64,000 nucleotides of DNA from Chthoniobacteraceae bacterium (GTDB lineage Bacteria; Verrucomicrobiota; Verrucomicrobiia; Chthoniobacterales; Chthoniobacteraceae): positions 32,001-96,000 of the forward strand of contig JBBCKI010000004.1 in assembly GCA_037190965.1 (NCBI GenBank), given 5' to 3'. The notes under the pieces were generated by a model. It saw only the letters and a program-made list of their open reading frames with translations. It had not been told where the DNA came from and did not search any database. This document shows, piece by piece, positions 48,650 to 57,982 of this stretch (position 1 is the first letter of the stretch; the number at the start of each line of letters is the position of its first letter). The position numbers and the translations under genes are program-made.

Positions 48650-49228
48650 ATGAATGCAAAACTATTGTGGCTGATCTTTTTACTATGGAGCGCGTCATGG
48701 GCGATGGCGGAACCCTTCCAAGTGTCATCGCTCAACTCCAGCTTCTCCATTGTGGGAACGTTTTCAGGCGACTACCGCACGAACTGGCAACAAACCAACG
48801 GGCTCACAAGGGAGGTCTTGAGAGTTTCACTGGATAAGGGGGAAATTTTTCGTTCACCACATTGCACCAACTTTCCCAAACGTCGCGTCCTTTACTTTTA
48901 CGCCTTCCTCGGCACACGCGAACCGGAGCAAAAGAACTTCACGATCCTTGCTTCGAGCCAAAAAATTGAGATCGACGAAATTCTCGATCTGGGCGAATCG
49001 GTGATCCATTCCGACAAATTGATACTGGAGATCCTCATCGATGAAATTTCTCCCGATCAATTGCAGAAAGCATGGTTGGGATTCTCCATTGCATCCCTTG
49101 TCGAAGACGATCCAAAAGACAGGATGGGCACGTGCTATGCGCACATGGACACGCTCCTTTTTAGCACCGAGAGTTCAAATATCAATGTCCGCCGCCGAGC
49201 GCGGGTATCGGCTCCCGTCGCTCCTTAA
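48650..49228 (+). CDS. Hypothetical secreted protein
   Basis: Signal peptide ending AMA-EP; AT-richer than its neighbours. Confidence 0.6.
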   Translation: MNAKLLWLIFLLWSASWAMAEPFQVSSLNSSFSIVGTFSGDYRTNWQQTNGLTREVLRVSLDKGEIFRSPHCTNFPKRRVLYFYAFLGTREPEQKNFTILASSQKIEIDEILDLGESVIHSDKLILEILIDEISPDQLQKAWLGFSIASLVEDDPKDRMGTCYAHMDTLLFSTESSNINVRRRARVSAPVAP

Positions 49229-49259
49229 AGCCACCTCGTTCCGGGGGTAGATTCCCTTC

Positions 49260-49299
49260 TTGCCAAAAAGAATTTCATCGCATATCCTAACGATGAAAT
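49260..49299 (+). promoter_or_regulatory. Sigma70-type lexA promoter with overlapping palindromic operator candidate
   Basis: TTGCCA (49260-65), 17-bp spacer, TATCCT (49283-88); perfect IR ATTTCATCG-N10-CGATGAAAT (49272-49299). Confidence 0.7.
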
Positions 49300-49954
49300 G
49301 GCAAGACCTCGCTCCACTCACCTTTCCTCCACTCACGACAAGATTGCCAGGGCAATTTCCGGCATTGAGCGGGCGGGCTTTCCCGCTTTGGTCAGCGAAC
49401 TGGTTCACAAGCTCGGGCTGGCGGGAAGCTCCAGCCTTGTGCCGACGCTCAAGATCATGCAGCGGAACGGCTTTGTCGCCATCAGCGGCGGTGGCGGCCA
49501 GGGGCGTGATCATCTGGTGAAGCTGACCCCAAAGGGGCGATTTGCCATCGCGGAAGGCGGACTGCCGGTTCTCGGTGTCATCCGCGCCGGACCGCTGGAG
49601 GAAGCGGTTGCGGAGCCCGATACGATTTTGGAAGACGCCGATCTGCTGCCGCATCGCCCCGGCGATTTTCTGCTCCGGGTACGGGGCGACTCCATGCTGG
49701 GTGACGGCATCCTGCCGGGCGACCACGTGCTGCTTCGCCCCAATGTGGAAGCGGCACAGGGAGAGATCGCGGCAGTGCTCACCGGGGAAGAAAGCGGCGA
49801 TTACGAGGCAACGCTGAAACGGGTCTACCGGGAGGGCTCCCGGGTGAGGCTCAAGGCTGGCAACCCGGCGTATGCCGATATGGTGCTCCCGGCAAGCGAC
49901 ATAAAGATCGCGGGCGTTTTTCGGGGGTTGATCCGACATGCAGAATCGCGCTGA
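49298..49954 (+). CDS. lexA: LexA-family repressor
   Basis: wHTH, Ala-Gly cleavage site (IRAGP), catalytic Ser (GDSM) and Lys (TLKR); first gene of the imuA-imuB-dnaE2 cassette. Confidence 0.9.
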   Translation: MARPRSTHLSSTHDKIARAISGIERAGFPALVSELVHKLGLAGSSSLVPTLKIMQRNGFVAISGGGGQGRDHLVKLTPKGRFAIAEGGLPVLGVIRAGPLEEAVAEPDTILEDADLLPHRPGDFLLRVRGDSMLGDGILPGDHVLLRPNVEAAQGEIAAVLTGEESGDYEATLKRVYREGSRVRLKAGNPAYADMVLPASDIKIAGVFRGLIRHAESR

Positions 49955-50606
49955 CATCCCGGGAGGCAAAGCCGCCACACTGGCGGGATTGCGGGCCGTG
50001 CTGGCGGAGAAATTTCCGCAGCCACCCGTCCGTACCGGCAATGCGTTTCCGGTGCCGCTCAACTCCAGTCCCAGCCAGCCGAAGGTAGAGCTTCGACGTG
50101 GAGCCGTCACGGAAGCCTCGGGTTCCAGCGGCTCGGGCGCGCTTTTTCTGGAGGCGCTGCTCGGCGCGACGGAATCCGCCCGGACGCTAATGGCGCTGGT
50201 GGATGGCACAAGCGGGTTCGACCCGGAGCCCGAAGACACGCGGCTCAAGCGGCTGCTCTGGGTGCTCTGCAAGGAGGCTCAGGCGGCGATCAAGGTTGCA
50301 GACCTCCTCCTGCGCGATGGGAACCTGCCGCTGGTCGTACTCGACCTCCAGATGACCCCGGCAGCGGAGCTTCGCCGCATCCCCGCTTCCACATGGTACC
50401 GTTTCCAACGGATCATGGAGCAATCCACCGCATCGTTTGTAGTGCTGACCGCCAAGCCGATGGTCAGCAGCGCGGCGGAACGCCTTTGGCTGCGCAACCG
50501 CTGGAGCCTGCGCGCCATGCGGCAACGGCGTTGCGAACTCCCCCTGCATGTGGAACAGGCCCAACGCGGCTTTAGTATAGTTTCAACCGATCGACAAATC
50601 GCATGA
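49938..50606 (+). CDS. imuA: ImuA-like (RecA/SulA-like) protein
   Basis: RGAVTE, degenerate Walker A (GSSGSGA), ALVDG..FDP, ADLLLRDGNLPLVVLD; operon position. Confidence 0.8.
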   Translation: MQNRADIPGGKAATLAGLRAVLAEKFPQPPVRTGNAFPVPLNSSPSQPKVELRRGAVTEASGSSGSGALFLEALLGATESARTLMALVDGTSGFDPEPEDTRLKRLLWVLCKEAQAAIKVADLLLRDGNLPLVVLDLQMTPAAELRRIPASTWYRFQRIMEQSTASFVVLTAKPMVSSAAERLWLRNRWSLRAMRQRRCELPLHVEQAQRGFSIVSTDRQIA

Positions 50607-50767
50607 AGATAAAAACAGGATTCGCAGTCTTAGTGCTAAAACGCCGAGTACGAAGCGTCGTCCAACGCATCAATGCGGCCCTTGCTCGAAAACGCCAACC
50701 AAATGGCTATTCTTCAGCTCCGGGCACTACCCATGCAATTCAAATGCATTTCGATCTAGAGTCCTAA
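50603..50767 (+). CDS. 54-aa small protein coupled to imuA
   Basis: ATGA overlap with the imuA stop; MKIKTGFAVLVLKRRVRSVVQRINAALARKRQPNGYSSAPGTTHAIQMHFDLES; too short for the ORF track. Confidence 0.5.
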   Translation: MKIKTGFAVLVLKRRVRSVVQRINAALARKRQPNGYSSAPGTTHAIQMHFDLES

Positions 50768-50818
50768 GTCATTGAATATTTAAAGAATCAAGGGGTGAGC
50801 CTTCGGCTGCAAGGAGTA

Positions 50819-50913
50819 CGGCGTCGCGGAGCTCCGCCCTCCGATATCCCTCTGCATTCCAAGAAAATTGGCGCGGAAGCGCCCTCGTCGGAGGGTGGAG
50901 TTCCACGACGCCG
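50819..50913. repeat. REP doublet (GGAG-type)
   Basis: CGGCGTCGCGGAGCTCCGCCCTCCGA (50819-44) / TCGGAGGGTGGAGTTCCACGACGCCG (50888-913), 23/26 inverted match. Confidence 0.75.
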
Positions 50914-50973
50914 CTTATGCCCAAAGGCCCTCTATTTCTTCTTCTCAACAACTCGTGCCTGTGAGGCCTTTCC

Positions 50974-51101
50974 CCTCGTTACCAATCTCCAGATTGGTAA
51001 TGCCCTTGTCCCCGAATCTCTGATTCGAAAGCCTTCTTATCTCGTGCAGGGTGCCAGAACAGACAGGGTTTGGCGTTCCCAAACAAAGTTTGGGAACGAG
51101 G
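50974..51101. repeat. MITE/REP-like multi-hairpin element
   Basis: Ends CCTCGTT...AACGAGG; hairpins TTACCAATCT-CC-AGATTGGTAA, CGAATC-TCT-GATTCG and CGTTCCCAAAC-AAA-GTTTGGGAACG. Confidence 0.75.
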
Positions 51102-51215
51102 AAAATATGACGAGATTTTTCTAACTCATGACACTAGGGAACCACTAGGGACACGCTACCACACACGAGCACGCCAAGGAGGGCCTCCCCCTCTTTTTTC
51201 CCATCGCCGTTTTGG

Positions 51216-52697
51216 ATGATGTTTTGCGCCTTGCTCATTCCCGACTTCCGCCTCCAGGCGGCGCTTCGCCATCGCTCCCCGCTTTGGCGGGAGCCGGTGG
51301 CCGTGGTCGATTCCGACACCTCCGTACTCGTTGAATTAACGCCCGCCGCCGCCGCATCCGGGGTGTGCGCGGGGATGAGCCCGCCACAAGGGCTCGCGCG
51401 TTGCCTGGAATTACAGATCCTCCAGCGCGTCCCCCTCTCGGAGCGGGCCCTTTCGGGCATCCTGCTGGAACAGGCATGCGCCGCCTCCGCGCTGGTGGAA
51501 CAAACGGCGGAGAATCTATGCACTTTCGACTTGAAAGGGACACCCCTCGCCGCGCAGGCCGATCTCCCCGGGTGGAGCTCAGCGTTACTCCGGCAGTTTG
51601 AGCCGCTGGAAATGAGTGTCCGCGCGGGAATCGCGGCAAACCCCGACCTCGCGCGACTCGCGACCCGCTCCACCACGATACAGGAACCGGTGCGAATCGT
51701 GAGCGACTCCCACGCATTCCTCACCACGCTCCCGCTGGAAGCACTGGAGCCGACAATCGCCGCCTTGGCAGTGCTGCACGGCTGGGGGATCACCACGCTC
51801 GGCGGGCTGACCCGGCTGGCCCGAACGGAAATCGCAGCCCGGCTCGGCCCCGATGGCGTCCAACTTTGGGACCACGCGCAAGGCCGCTCCACACGCCTGC
51901 TCCGACTGGTGCGCGCGCCGGAACATTTTGAAGAGGCGTTTGATTTCGAGCACGAACTCGACACCGCCCAGCCGCTGCTCTTTTTGCTGCGGCGGTTTGT
52001 GGATCAACTGACCTTCCGCCTTGAATCGCAGGGGCTGGTGGCGGCAGAGATGCGGCTTCACCTCCCCCTCAGCAATGGCGAGCCCTACGAACGGCAGTTC
52101 CGGATCCCCTCGCCCACCGCCGATCCCGATGTCCTCTTTCGCGTGTTCGAAACCCACTTTGACAATCTGCGGCTGAAGTCCGCCCCCACCGGCGTGCGGC
52201 TTGCGCTGCAAGCGGCCAAGCCGGAGCCCCGGCAGTTCCGGTTGTTTGAAAACGCGGTGCGCGATCCTAACCGCTTTGCGGAAACACTAGCGAACATCCT
52301 CGCCGTGGTCGGCAGCGGCAACGCCGGAAGCCCGGAGAGGATACCGACTCACAAGCCCGATCAGTTCACCCTCCATGTGCCGGACTTCGCCGCGTCGTTT
52401 CCGGCAAACCGGCATCAACGCTTGAGCGAAACCGGGCTCCCCCTGCGCCGTTACCGCCCCCCGCTTCCGGCGCGAGTCCACCTTGAAAACGCGCACCCCC
52501 GCTACATCGTCTCCGAGCAGGCGCATGGCGAAGTGGCCGACTGCCTCGGCCCGTACCGCCTTTCCGGGGAGTGGTGGGAGAATGGCTGGAGCACGGAGGA
52601 ATGGGACGTGCAGATGAGCGACGGCGCACTCTACCGAATTTCCCGGCAAGGCGGCAACGAACCAACATGGCTGGTGGAGGGATGCTATGACAAGTAA
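51216..52697 (+). CDS. imuB: ImuB (catalytically inactive Y-family polymerase)
   Basis: Y-family fold lacking the catalytic aspartates (IPDFRLQA), GVCAGM, clamp motif QFRLF, C-terminal GPYRLSGEWW. Confidence 0.9.
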   Translation: MMFCALLIPDFRLQAALRHRSPLWREPVAVVDSDTSVLVELTPAAAASGVCAGMSPPQGLARCLELQILQRVPLSERALSGILLEQACAASALVEQTAENLCTFDLKGTPLAAQADLPGWSSALLRQFEPLEMSVRAGIAANPDLARLATRSTTIQEPVRIVSDSHAFLTTLPLEALEPTIAALAVLHGWGITTLGGLTRLARTEIAARLGPDGVQLWDHAQGRSTRLLRLVRAPEHFEEAFDFEHELDTAQPLLFLLRRFVDQLTFRLESQGLVAAEMRLHLPLSNGEPYERQFRIPSPTADPDVLFRVFETHFDNLRLKSAPTGVRLALQAAKPEPRQFRLFENAVRDPNRFAETLANILAVVGSGNAGSPERIPTHKPDQFTLHVPDFAASFPANRHQRLSETGLPLRRYRPPLPARVHLENAHPRYIVSEQAHGEVADCLGPYRLSGEWWENGWSTEEWDVQMSDGALYRISRQGGNEPTWLVEGCYDK

Positions 52698-55600
52698 TGC
52701 TCCGCAATTCATCGAGCTTCACGCCCGGAGCGCTTTCAGCTTTCTCCGCGCGGCTTCGCAGCCTGAAAAACTGGCGGAGCGAGCCGCTTCACTAGGCATG
52801 CCCGCGATGGCGCTTTGCGACCGCGACGGCGTTTACGGCGCGCCCCGGTTCTATGCCGCCGCGCGGGAACGTGGCGTGCGGGCCATTGTCGGCGCGGAGC
52901 TGACAATGGAGGACGCCACGGTGCTCCCCGTGCTGGTCAATAGCCGCGAGGGATACCAGAATCTTTGCCGGCTCATCACCAAAGCCAAACTGCGCGGCAC
53001 CAAGGCCGATGCACCCGTGGCGTGGAGCGATCTGCCGGAGTTCGCGCAAGGGCTCGTCTGCCTGACCGGCGACGAGGAAGGCGCATTGCGGCAGGCTCTG
53101 GAGCGGGGCGACACGGCCGCCGCGCAACAGGGCGTGGGACAACTAAGGGAGATCTTCGGGCCGAAGAATGTCTATATCGAGATCCAGCGGCATCTCGTCC
53201 GGGGGGAAGAACGAATTAACGACCGCCTTGTGCAACTGGCGGCAAGCGAAAAGCTCCCTCTTCTGGCAACCAATGGCGTTCTCTATGCAGAGCGCGAGCA
53301 ACGCCGTGCGTTCGACGTGCTCACCTGCATCCGAAATCACACGCACCTCGACGCCGCCGGGTTACTCTTGAGCCGCAACGGCGAGCGAGCCCTCAAGGAA
53401 GCGCGCCGGATGCACGCGCTCTTTGCCGATCTCCCCGAGGCCGTTCACAACACAGCCATTCTCGCGGAGCGTCTCGACTTTTCGATGGAAAACCTCGGGT
53501 ACGAATTCCCCCGCTATCCGGTGCCGGAGGGGGAGAGCATGGACTCGTTCCTCCGCAAGGTAACAATGGCTGGCGCACGCGCGCGATATACGCATCTCGG
53601 CAAAAAGGTGATGGATCAACTCAACCGCGAACTGGCGCTGATCGAAAAACTAGGCTTCGCAGGCTACTTTCTCATTGTCTGGGACATCGCGAACTTCTGC
53701 ACCTCGCGCGACATCCTCATGCAGGGGCGAGGCAGCGCGGCCAACAGCGCGGTTTGCTATTCACTAGGCATCACCGCCTGCGATCCGGTCTCCAACAACC
53801 TGCTCTTCGAGCGCTTCCTAAGCGAAGGACGCAAAAGTTGGCCCGATATCGACCTTGATCTCCCCAGCGGGGAGCGGCGTGAATCGGTAATCCAGGAACT
53901 CTACCGCCGCTACGGCAAGCACGGCGCGGCAATGACAGCCAACGTCATCAGCTACCGGGGCAAGAGCGCGATGCGAGAGATCGGCAAAGCGCTCAATCTC
54001 TCGCCGGATATCATCGGACGCTTCTCGAGCCTCTACGGCGGGGGCGACTATCCGCACACGCTCGATCTTCAGACGCATCTGCAAAAAGCGGGCCTGCCTA
54101 TGGAACACCCACGCGCCGCCGCGTTCATCCCGCTCTACCGGCAGATCTACGGACTGCCGCGCCATCTCGGCCAACACTCCGGCGGGATGATTATCTGCCA
54201 GGGAAAGCTCGATTCCATCGTCCCGCTGGAAAACGCCTCCATGCCCGGTCGCGTCGTGGCGCAATGGGACAAGGACGACTGCGAAGATCTAGGCATCATC
54301 AAGGTTGATCTGCTTGGGCTCGGGATGATGGCGGTGTTGCAGGAGAGCCTGGAACTGTGCCGCGAGCAGGGGGACGCCGTGGAAATCGCCACCCTCCCCA
54401 AAGACGACCCCGCTGTTTTCGAGCTGATGCAGAACGCCGACACCATCGGCGTCTTCCAGATCGAAAGCCGCGCGCAGATGGCCACGTTGCCCCGGCTTAA
54501 ACCAGCTTGCTTCTACGACGTGGTGATCGAAGTCGCCATCATCCGCCCCGGGCCGATCCAGGGTGATCTCGTCCATCCCTACCTCAACCGCCGAGCCGGT
54601 CGCGAACCGCTTGACTATATCCACCCGCTGCTGAAGCCGGTGCTCGAGCGCACGCTCGGAGTCCCGCTCTTTCAGGAACAGATTTTAAAAATGGCAATGG
54701 TGATCGCCGATTTCACCGGCTCCGAGGCCGAGGAACTTCGGCGCGCGCTCAGCTTCCATCGTTCGCAGGAGCGGATGGAGAAAGTTACCGTAAAGCTGCG
54801 CACCGCCATGGAGCGCAAGGGGATCGAGCCTGCGGCCATCGAAAAATTCCTGCACGGGGTCTCGTCTTTTGCGCTCTACGGCTTTCCGGAGAGCCATGCG
54901 ATCTCGTTCGCCAATCTCGTCTGGGCAAGCGCATGGCTGAAGGTCCACCGCCCGCTGGAGTTCTTCGCGGGGCTCTTCAACAATCAGCCGATGGGATTCT
55001 ACTCTCCCGCCACGCTGCTGCGCGACGCCCGACGGCGGGGGTTGCGGTTCAAGCCGGTCTCCGTCCTGCAGTCCGACTTCAAATGCACCATTGAAGATAA
55101 GCAAACGCTCAGGCTCGGGCTCTGCACGGTGCGCGGGCTCAACGCCGTACGCGCCATGGAGATTGTGGAAGTCCGCACGCAGCAGCCCTTCGCCTCGCTG
55201 CACGACTTCCGCACGCGCACGCGGCTCGACAAGGATGAACTCCGCACGCTGGCCAGCATCGGCGCGCTCAACGGTCTCGCCGATCACCGCCGCGCCGCGC
55301 TCTGGTCCGTGGAGGAAACGATCGACCCTGACGACCTCTTCTCCTGGAGCCGCGCGGAGAACAAGGATAGCGAACCGCCCTCCCCGCTGGAACCGATGAC
55401 GCCGCCGGAACGGCTCGGGGCGGATTACGAAGGCACGGGCCTCACCGTCGGCCCACACCCGATGGCGCTCGTGCGCGGGGAGCTCCCGCACGTCTGGCGC
55501 GCCGCCGATCTCCCACAAGTACGTCATGGCGACTGGATCACCATCGCGGGCAACGTCATTTGCCGCCAGCGGCCCGGCACCGCCAAGGGATTCGTCTTCA

Positions 55601-55809
55601 TCAGCCTGGAGGACGAAAGCGGCATCGCCAACGCCATCGTCCCTCCCAAGCTCTTCGAAAAACTCCGCCTTCTCATTACGCAGGAAAGCTTCCTCATCAT
55701 CTCAGGCCGGGCGCAGAACTGGGATAAAGTGATCCTCATCCGCGCCGCCGAAGTCGAGTCGCTGGAAACCGGGCGACTGCGCGGGGCGGAATCGCATGAC
55801 TTTCACTAG
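52687..55809 (+). CDS. dnaE2: Error-prone DNA polymerase III alpha (DnaE2/ImuC)
   Basis: PHP domain (ELHARSAFSFL), GRGSAANS, PDIDLD, YGFPESHA, C-terminal SHDFH. Confidence 0.97.
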   Translation: MTSNAPQFIELHARSAFSFLRAASQPEKLAERAASLGMPAMALCDRDGVYGAPRFYAAARERGVRAIVGAELTMEDATVLPVLVNSREGYQNLCRLITKAKLRGTKADAPVAWSDLPEFAQGLVCLTGDEEGALRQALERGDTAAAQQGVGQLREIFGPKNVYIEIQRHLVRGEERINDRLVQLAASEKLPLLATNGVLYAEREQRRAFDVLTCIRNHTHLDAAGLLLSRNGERALKEARRMHALFADLPEAVHNTAILAERLDFSMENLGYEFPRYPVPEGESMDSFLRKVTMAGARARYTHLGKKVMDQLNRELALIEKLGFAGYFLIVWDIANFCTSRDILMQGRGSAANSAVCYSLGITACDPVSNNLLFERFLSEGRKSWPDIDLDLPSGERRESVIQELYRRYGKHGAAMTANVISYRGKSAMREIGKALNLSPDIIGRFSSLYGGGDYPHTLDLQTHLQKAGLPMEHPRAAAFIPLYRQIYGLPRHLGQHSGGMIICQGKLDSIVPLENASMPGRVVAQWDKDDCEDLGIIKVDLLGLGMMAVLQESLELCREQGDAVEIATLPKDDPAVFELMQNADTIGVFQIESRAQMATLPRLKPACFYDVVIEVAIIRPGPIQGDLVHPYLNRRAGREPLDYIHPLLKPVLERTLGVPLFQEQILKMAMVIADFTGSEAEELRRALSFHRSQERMEKVTVKLRTAMERKGIEPAAIEKFLHGVSSFALYGFPESHAISFANLVWASAWLKVHRPLEFFAGLFNNQPMGFYSPATLLRDARRRGLRFKPVSVLQSDFKCTIEDKQTLRLGLCTVRGLNAVRAMEIVEVRTQQPFASLHDFRTRTRLDKDELRTLASIGALNGLADHRRAALWSVEETIDPDDLFSWSRAENKDSEPPSPLEPMTPPERLGADYEGTGLTVGPHPMALVRGELPHVWRAADLPQVRHGDWITIAGNVICRQRPGTAKGFVFISLEDESGIANAIVPPKLFEKLRLLITQESFLIISGRAQNWDKVILIRAAEVESLETGRLRGAESHDFH

Positions 55810-55840
55810 TCATTAGTCATTGAGTGACGAAAGAGCGCAA

Positions 55841-55988
55841 GGTAGCCCGCTCGCGCCATCGAGCGCGGGATTCGATGAAGAGCCGCGTTTGATGCCCATC
55901 CCCGCAGGACGGGCTGCCGGTGTCGGGTTGCGACCTCAATAAAGCCACGGGAGCCAATACCCGCGCTCGACGGCGCGAGCGGGCTACC
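55841..55988. repeat. REPIN-like doublet of GTAG-type REPs
   Basis: GGTAGCCCGCTCGCGCCATCGAGCGCGGG (55841-69) / CCCGCGCTCGACGGCGCGAGCGGGCTACC (55960-88), 28/29 inverted match, 90-bp spacer. Confidence 0.85.
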
Positions 55989-56044
55989 GGTGCTGCCGCA
56001 CCGACTAGCTTCCAAACCGTTCCACTAAAAACAATGAAACCCGA

Positions 56045-56800
56045 TCATCCTTTGGCTTCAAGGCATAGGGACAATCCGCCGTCCTGCAAGAGGGTAGTAC
56101 CAGTGATCTGACTGGCGACATCACTGCATAAATAGAAAATCTGTGAGGCGACGTCCTTCGCGGTGAGAAGTCGGTTGATCGGCACACGTGCCTGCGCCTT
56201 GATGCGATTCTCGGGCTCAGCCTCGAAGATCCGCCCCGACAACCCGGCATCGACATAGCCCGGGGCGATTTCATTGACCAGAATGCCGTGAGGCGCGAGT
56301 TCGAGCGCGAGAGTTTGATTGAGCATCCGCATCCCAGCCTTGGCGACGCTGTAGGCCGGGATGACGCGGTGCGGCGCGTGCCCCGCCCAACTGCCGACAA
56401 AGACCACCCGTCCGGGCCGACCTGCTTTGACGAGGCGGGTTACCCCCGCGTTGGCGAAATAGAACGCGCCGTTGAGATTCACGTCGATTTCCCGCTTCCA
56501 CTGCGCGGGAGTAACCTCCAGGTGCGGAGCCATGGTCACCATCGCCGCATTCGGGATGATGTAGGCGGGCGTTTCCCCAAAATGGGAAACAGCGCTCGCA
56601 TACCAGGCTTCCACGGCGTCGGCATCGGAAACATCGACCTTTTGGTAAAACCAGCCGGCGTCAAGACAGACAGGCCGTTCGGTCATATCTCCAAGGGCGA
56701 CCCGGCAGCCCGCCTCGGCAAAGAGCCTTGACGTGGCGAGCCCGATGTCGCCGAGGCCGCCACTGATGGCGACGATTCCAGGCGCAATCTCGAGTTTCAT
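56045..56800 (-). CDS. SDR family oxidoreductase
   Basis: SGGLGDIG, PNAA, YSVAK (YxxxK), NEIAPG, DGG. Confidence 0.92.
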   Translation of the reverse strand: MKLEIAPGIVAISGGLGDIGLATSRLFAEAGCRVALGDMTERPVCLDAGWFYQKVDVSDADAVEAWYASAVSHFGETPAYIIPNAAMVTMAPHLEVTPAQWKREIDVNLNGAFYFANAGVTRLVKAGRPGRVVFVGSWAGHAPHRVIPAYSVAKAGMRMLNQTLALELAPHGILVNEIAPGYVDAGLSGRIFEAEPENRIKAQARVPINRLLTAKDVASQIFYLCSDVASQITGTTLLQDGGLSLCLEAKG

Positions 56801-56803
56801 TGT

Positions 56804-57982
56804 TTACCAGTCTGTAACAGCGCCATCCGGAGAGAAAGACCTTTGAAGGACTTCCTGCTGGAACGGATGCTTGGCAATCTCTTTTTCGTTAATCTCGATC
56901 CCGAGCCCCGGCTTGTTGGAAGGACGGACAATGCGGCCTTTCTTCTCCACAGTGAACGACTCGGAGACCACATCATCTCTCCACGGAACGTCGCTATGAA
57001 CCGACTCGCAGATAATGTAAGAAGGCATCGAAAAGCCGAGCTCCAGAGAGGCAGCGGTGCTCACCGGCCCCTGCGGATTATGCGGAGCCACCGAGACACG
57101 ATAGGCCTCAGCCATCGCGCCGATGCGCCGCGCTTCGCTCAAACCGCCGCAATGGGTGATGTCGGGCTGGATAACGCTGGCGGCGCGCTTCTCGAAAAGC
57201 TCACGAAAGGCATGCTGCGAGATCAGCCGCTCCCCGGTCGCGATCGGCGTGGTCACGGCATCCTGGATCCGCGCGATTTCGTCCATCGCCTCCGGCCAGC
57301 ACGGTTCCTCAAAGAAATAGAGTCCGTACGGTTCGAGGGCTTTTGCAAAGCGCATCCCCATGCGTGGCGAAGGACGGGCGTGGCAATCGACCATGATGTC
57401 GATGTCCGGCCCGACGGCTTCGCGCATCGCCTTGACGCACGCTTCCGCGTAGCGGATGGGCCGCAGCCCTTCCAACGGCGCGGTTTCCGGCACGGCCATG
57501 CACTTGAAGGCGGTGAAACCTTCCGCGACGGCAGCCTGGGCGAGATCCGCAAAACAACGGGCATCGGACGGGTCGGTTTCATAAAACGCCTCCATCTTTC
57601 CACCTCCCAGATGACAATACAGGCGGACATAGTCACGGACCGCGCCGCCCCAGAGCTGATGGCACGGTACGCCGTGAACCTTGCCGAAAATATCCCAGAG
57701 GGCGATGTCGATCCCGCTGATCGCCGTTCCCCGGACGATTCCGTTGCCGTGCCAGAAGTGCTGGCGATACATCATCTGCCAAAGGTGCTCGATGCGGCGA
57801 GGGTCTTCGCCGATCAGGAGTTGGGAGATATCCTCGATGGCGCCCACGACCGAGCGTGTATGCCACTCCAGCGTCGCTTCGCCCCATCCCCAAAGACCGG
57901 GCTGATCCGTGACGACCTTGACAAAAATCCAGTTCCGCATCCGCGCATGGCAGACGTGGGTTTCAATCGCGGTGATCTTCAT
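56804..57982 (-). CDS. dgoD: Galactonate dehydratase (enolase superfamily)
   Basis: [53 protein letters not shown]-terminal VTDW. Confidence 0.8.
   Translation of the reverse strand: MKITAIETHVCHARMRNWIFVKVVTDQPGLWGWGEATLEWHTRSVVGAIEDISQLLIGEDPRRIEHLWQMMYRQHFWHGNGIVRGTAISGIDIALWDIFGKVHGVPCHQLWGGAVRDYVRLYCHLGGGKMEAFYETDPSDARCFADLAQAAVAEGFTAFKCMAVPETAPLEGLRPIRYAEACVKAMREAVGPDIDIMVDCHARPSPRMGMRFAKALEPYGLYFFEEPCWPEAMDEIARIQDAVTTPIATGERLISQHAFRELFEKRAASVIQPDITHCGGLSEARRIGAMAEAYRVSVAPHNPQGPVSTAASLELGFSMPSYIICESVHSDVPWRDDVVSESFTVEKKGRIVRPSNKPGLGIEINEKEIAKHPFQQEVLQRSFSPDGAVTDW

Noticed and set aside
49175..50272. 365-aa minus-strand ORF
   Set aside because: Antisense to lexA and imuA.
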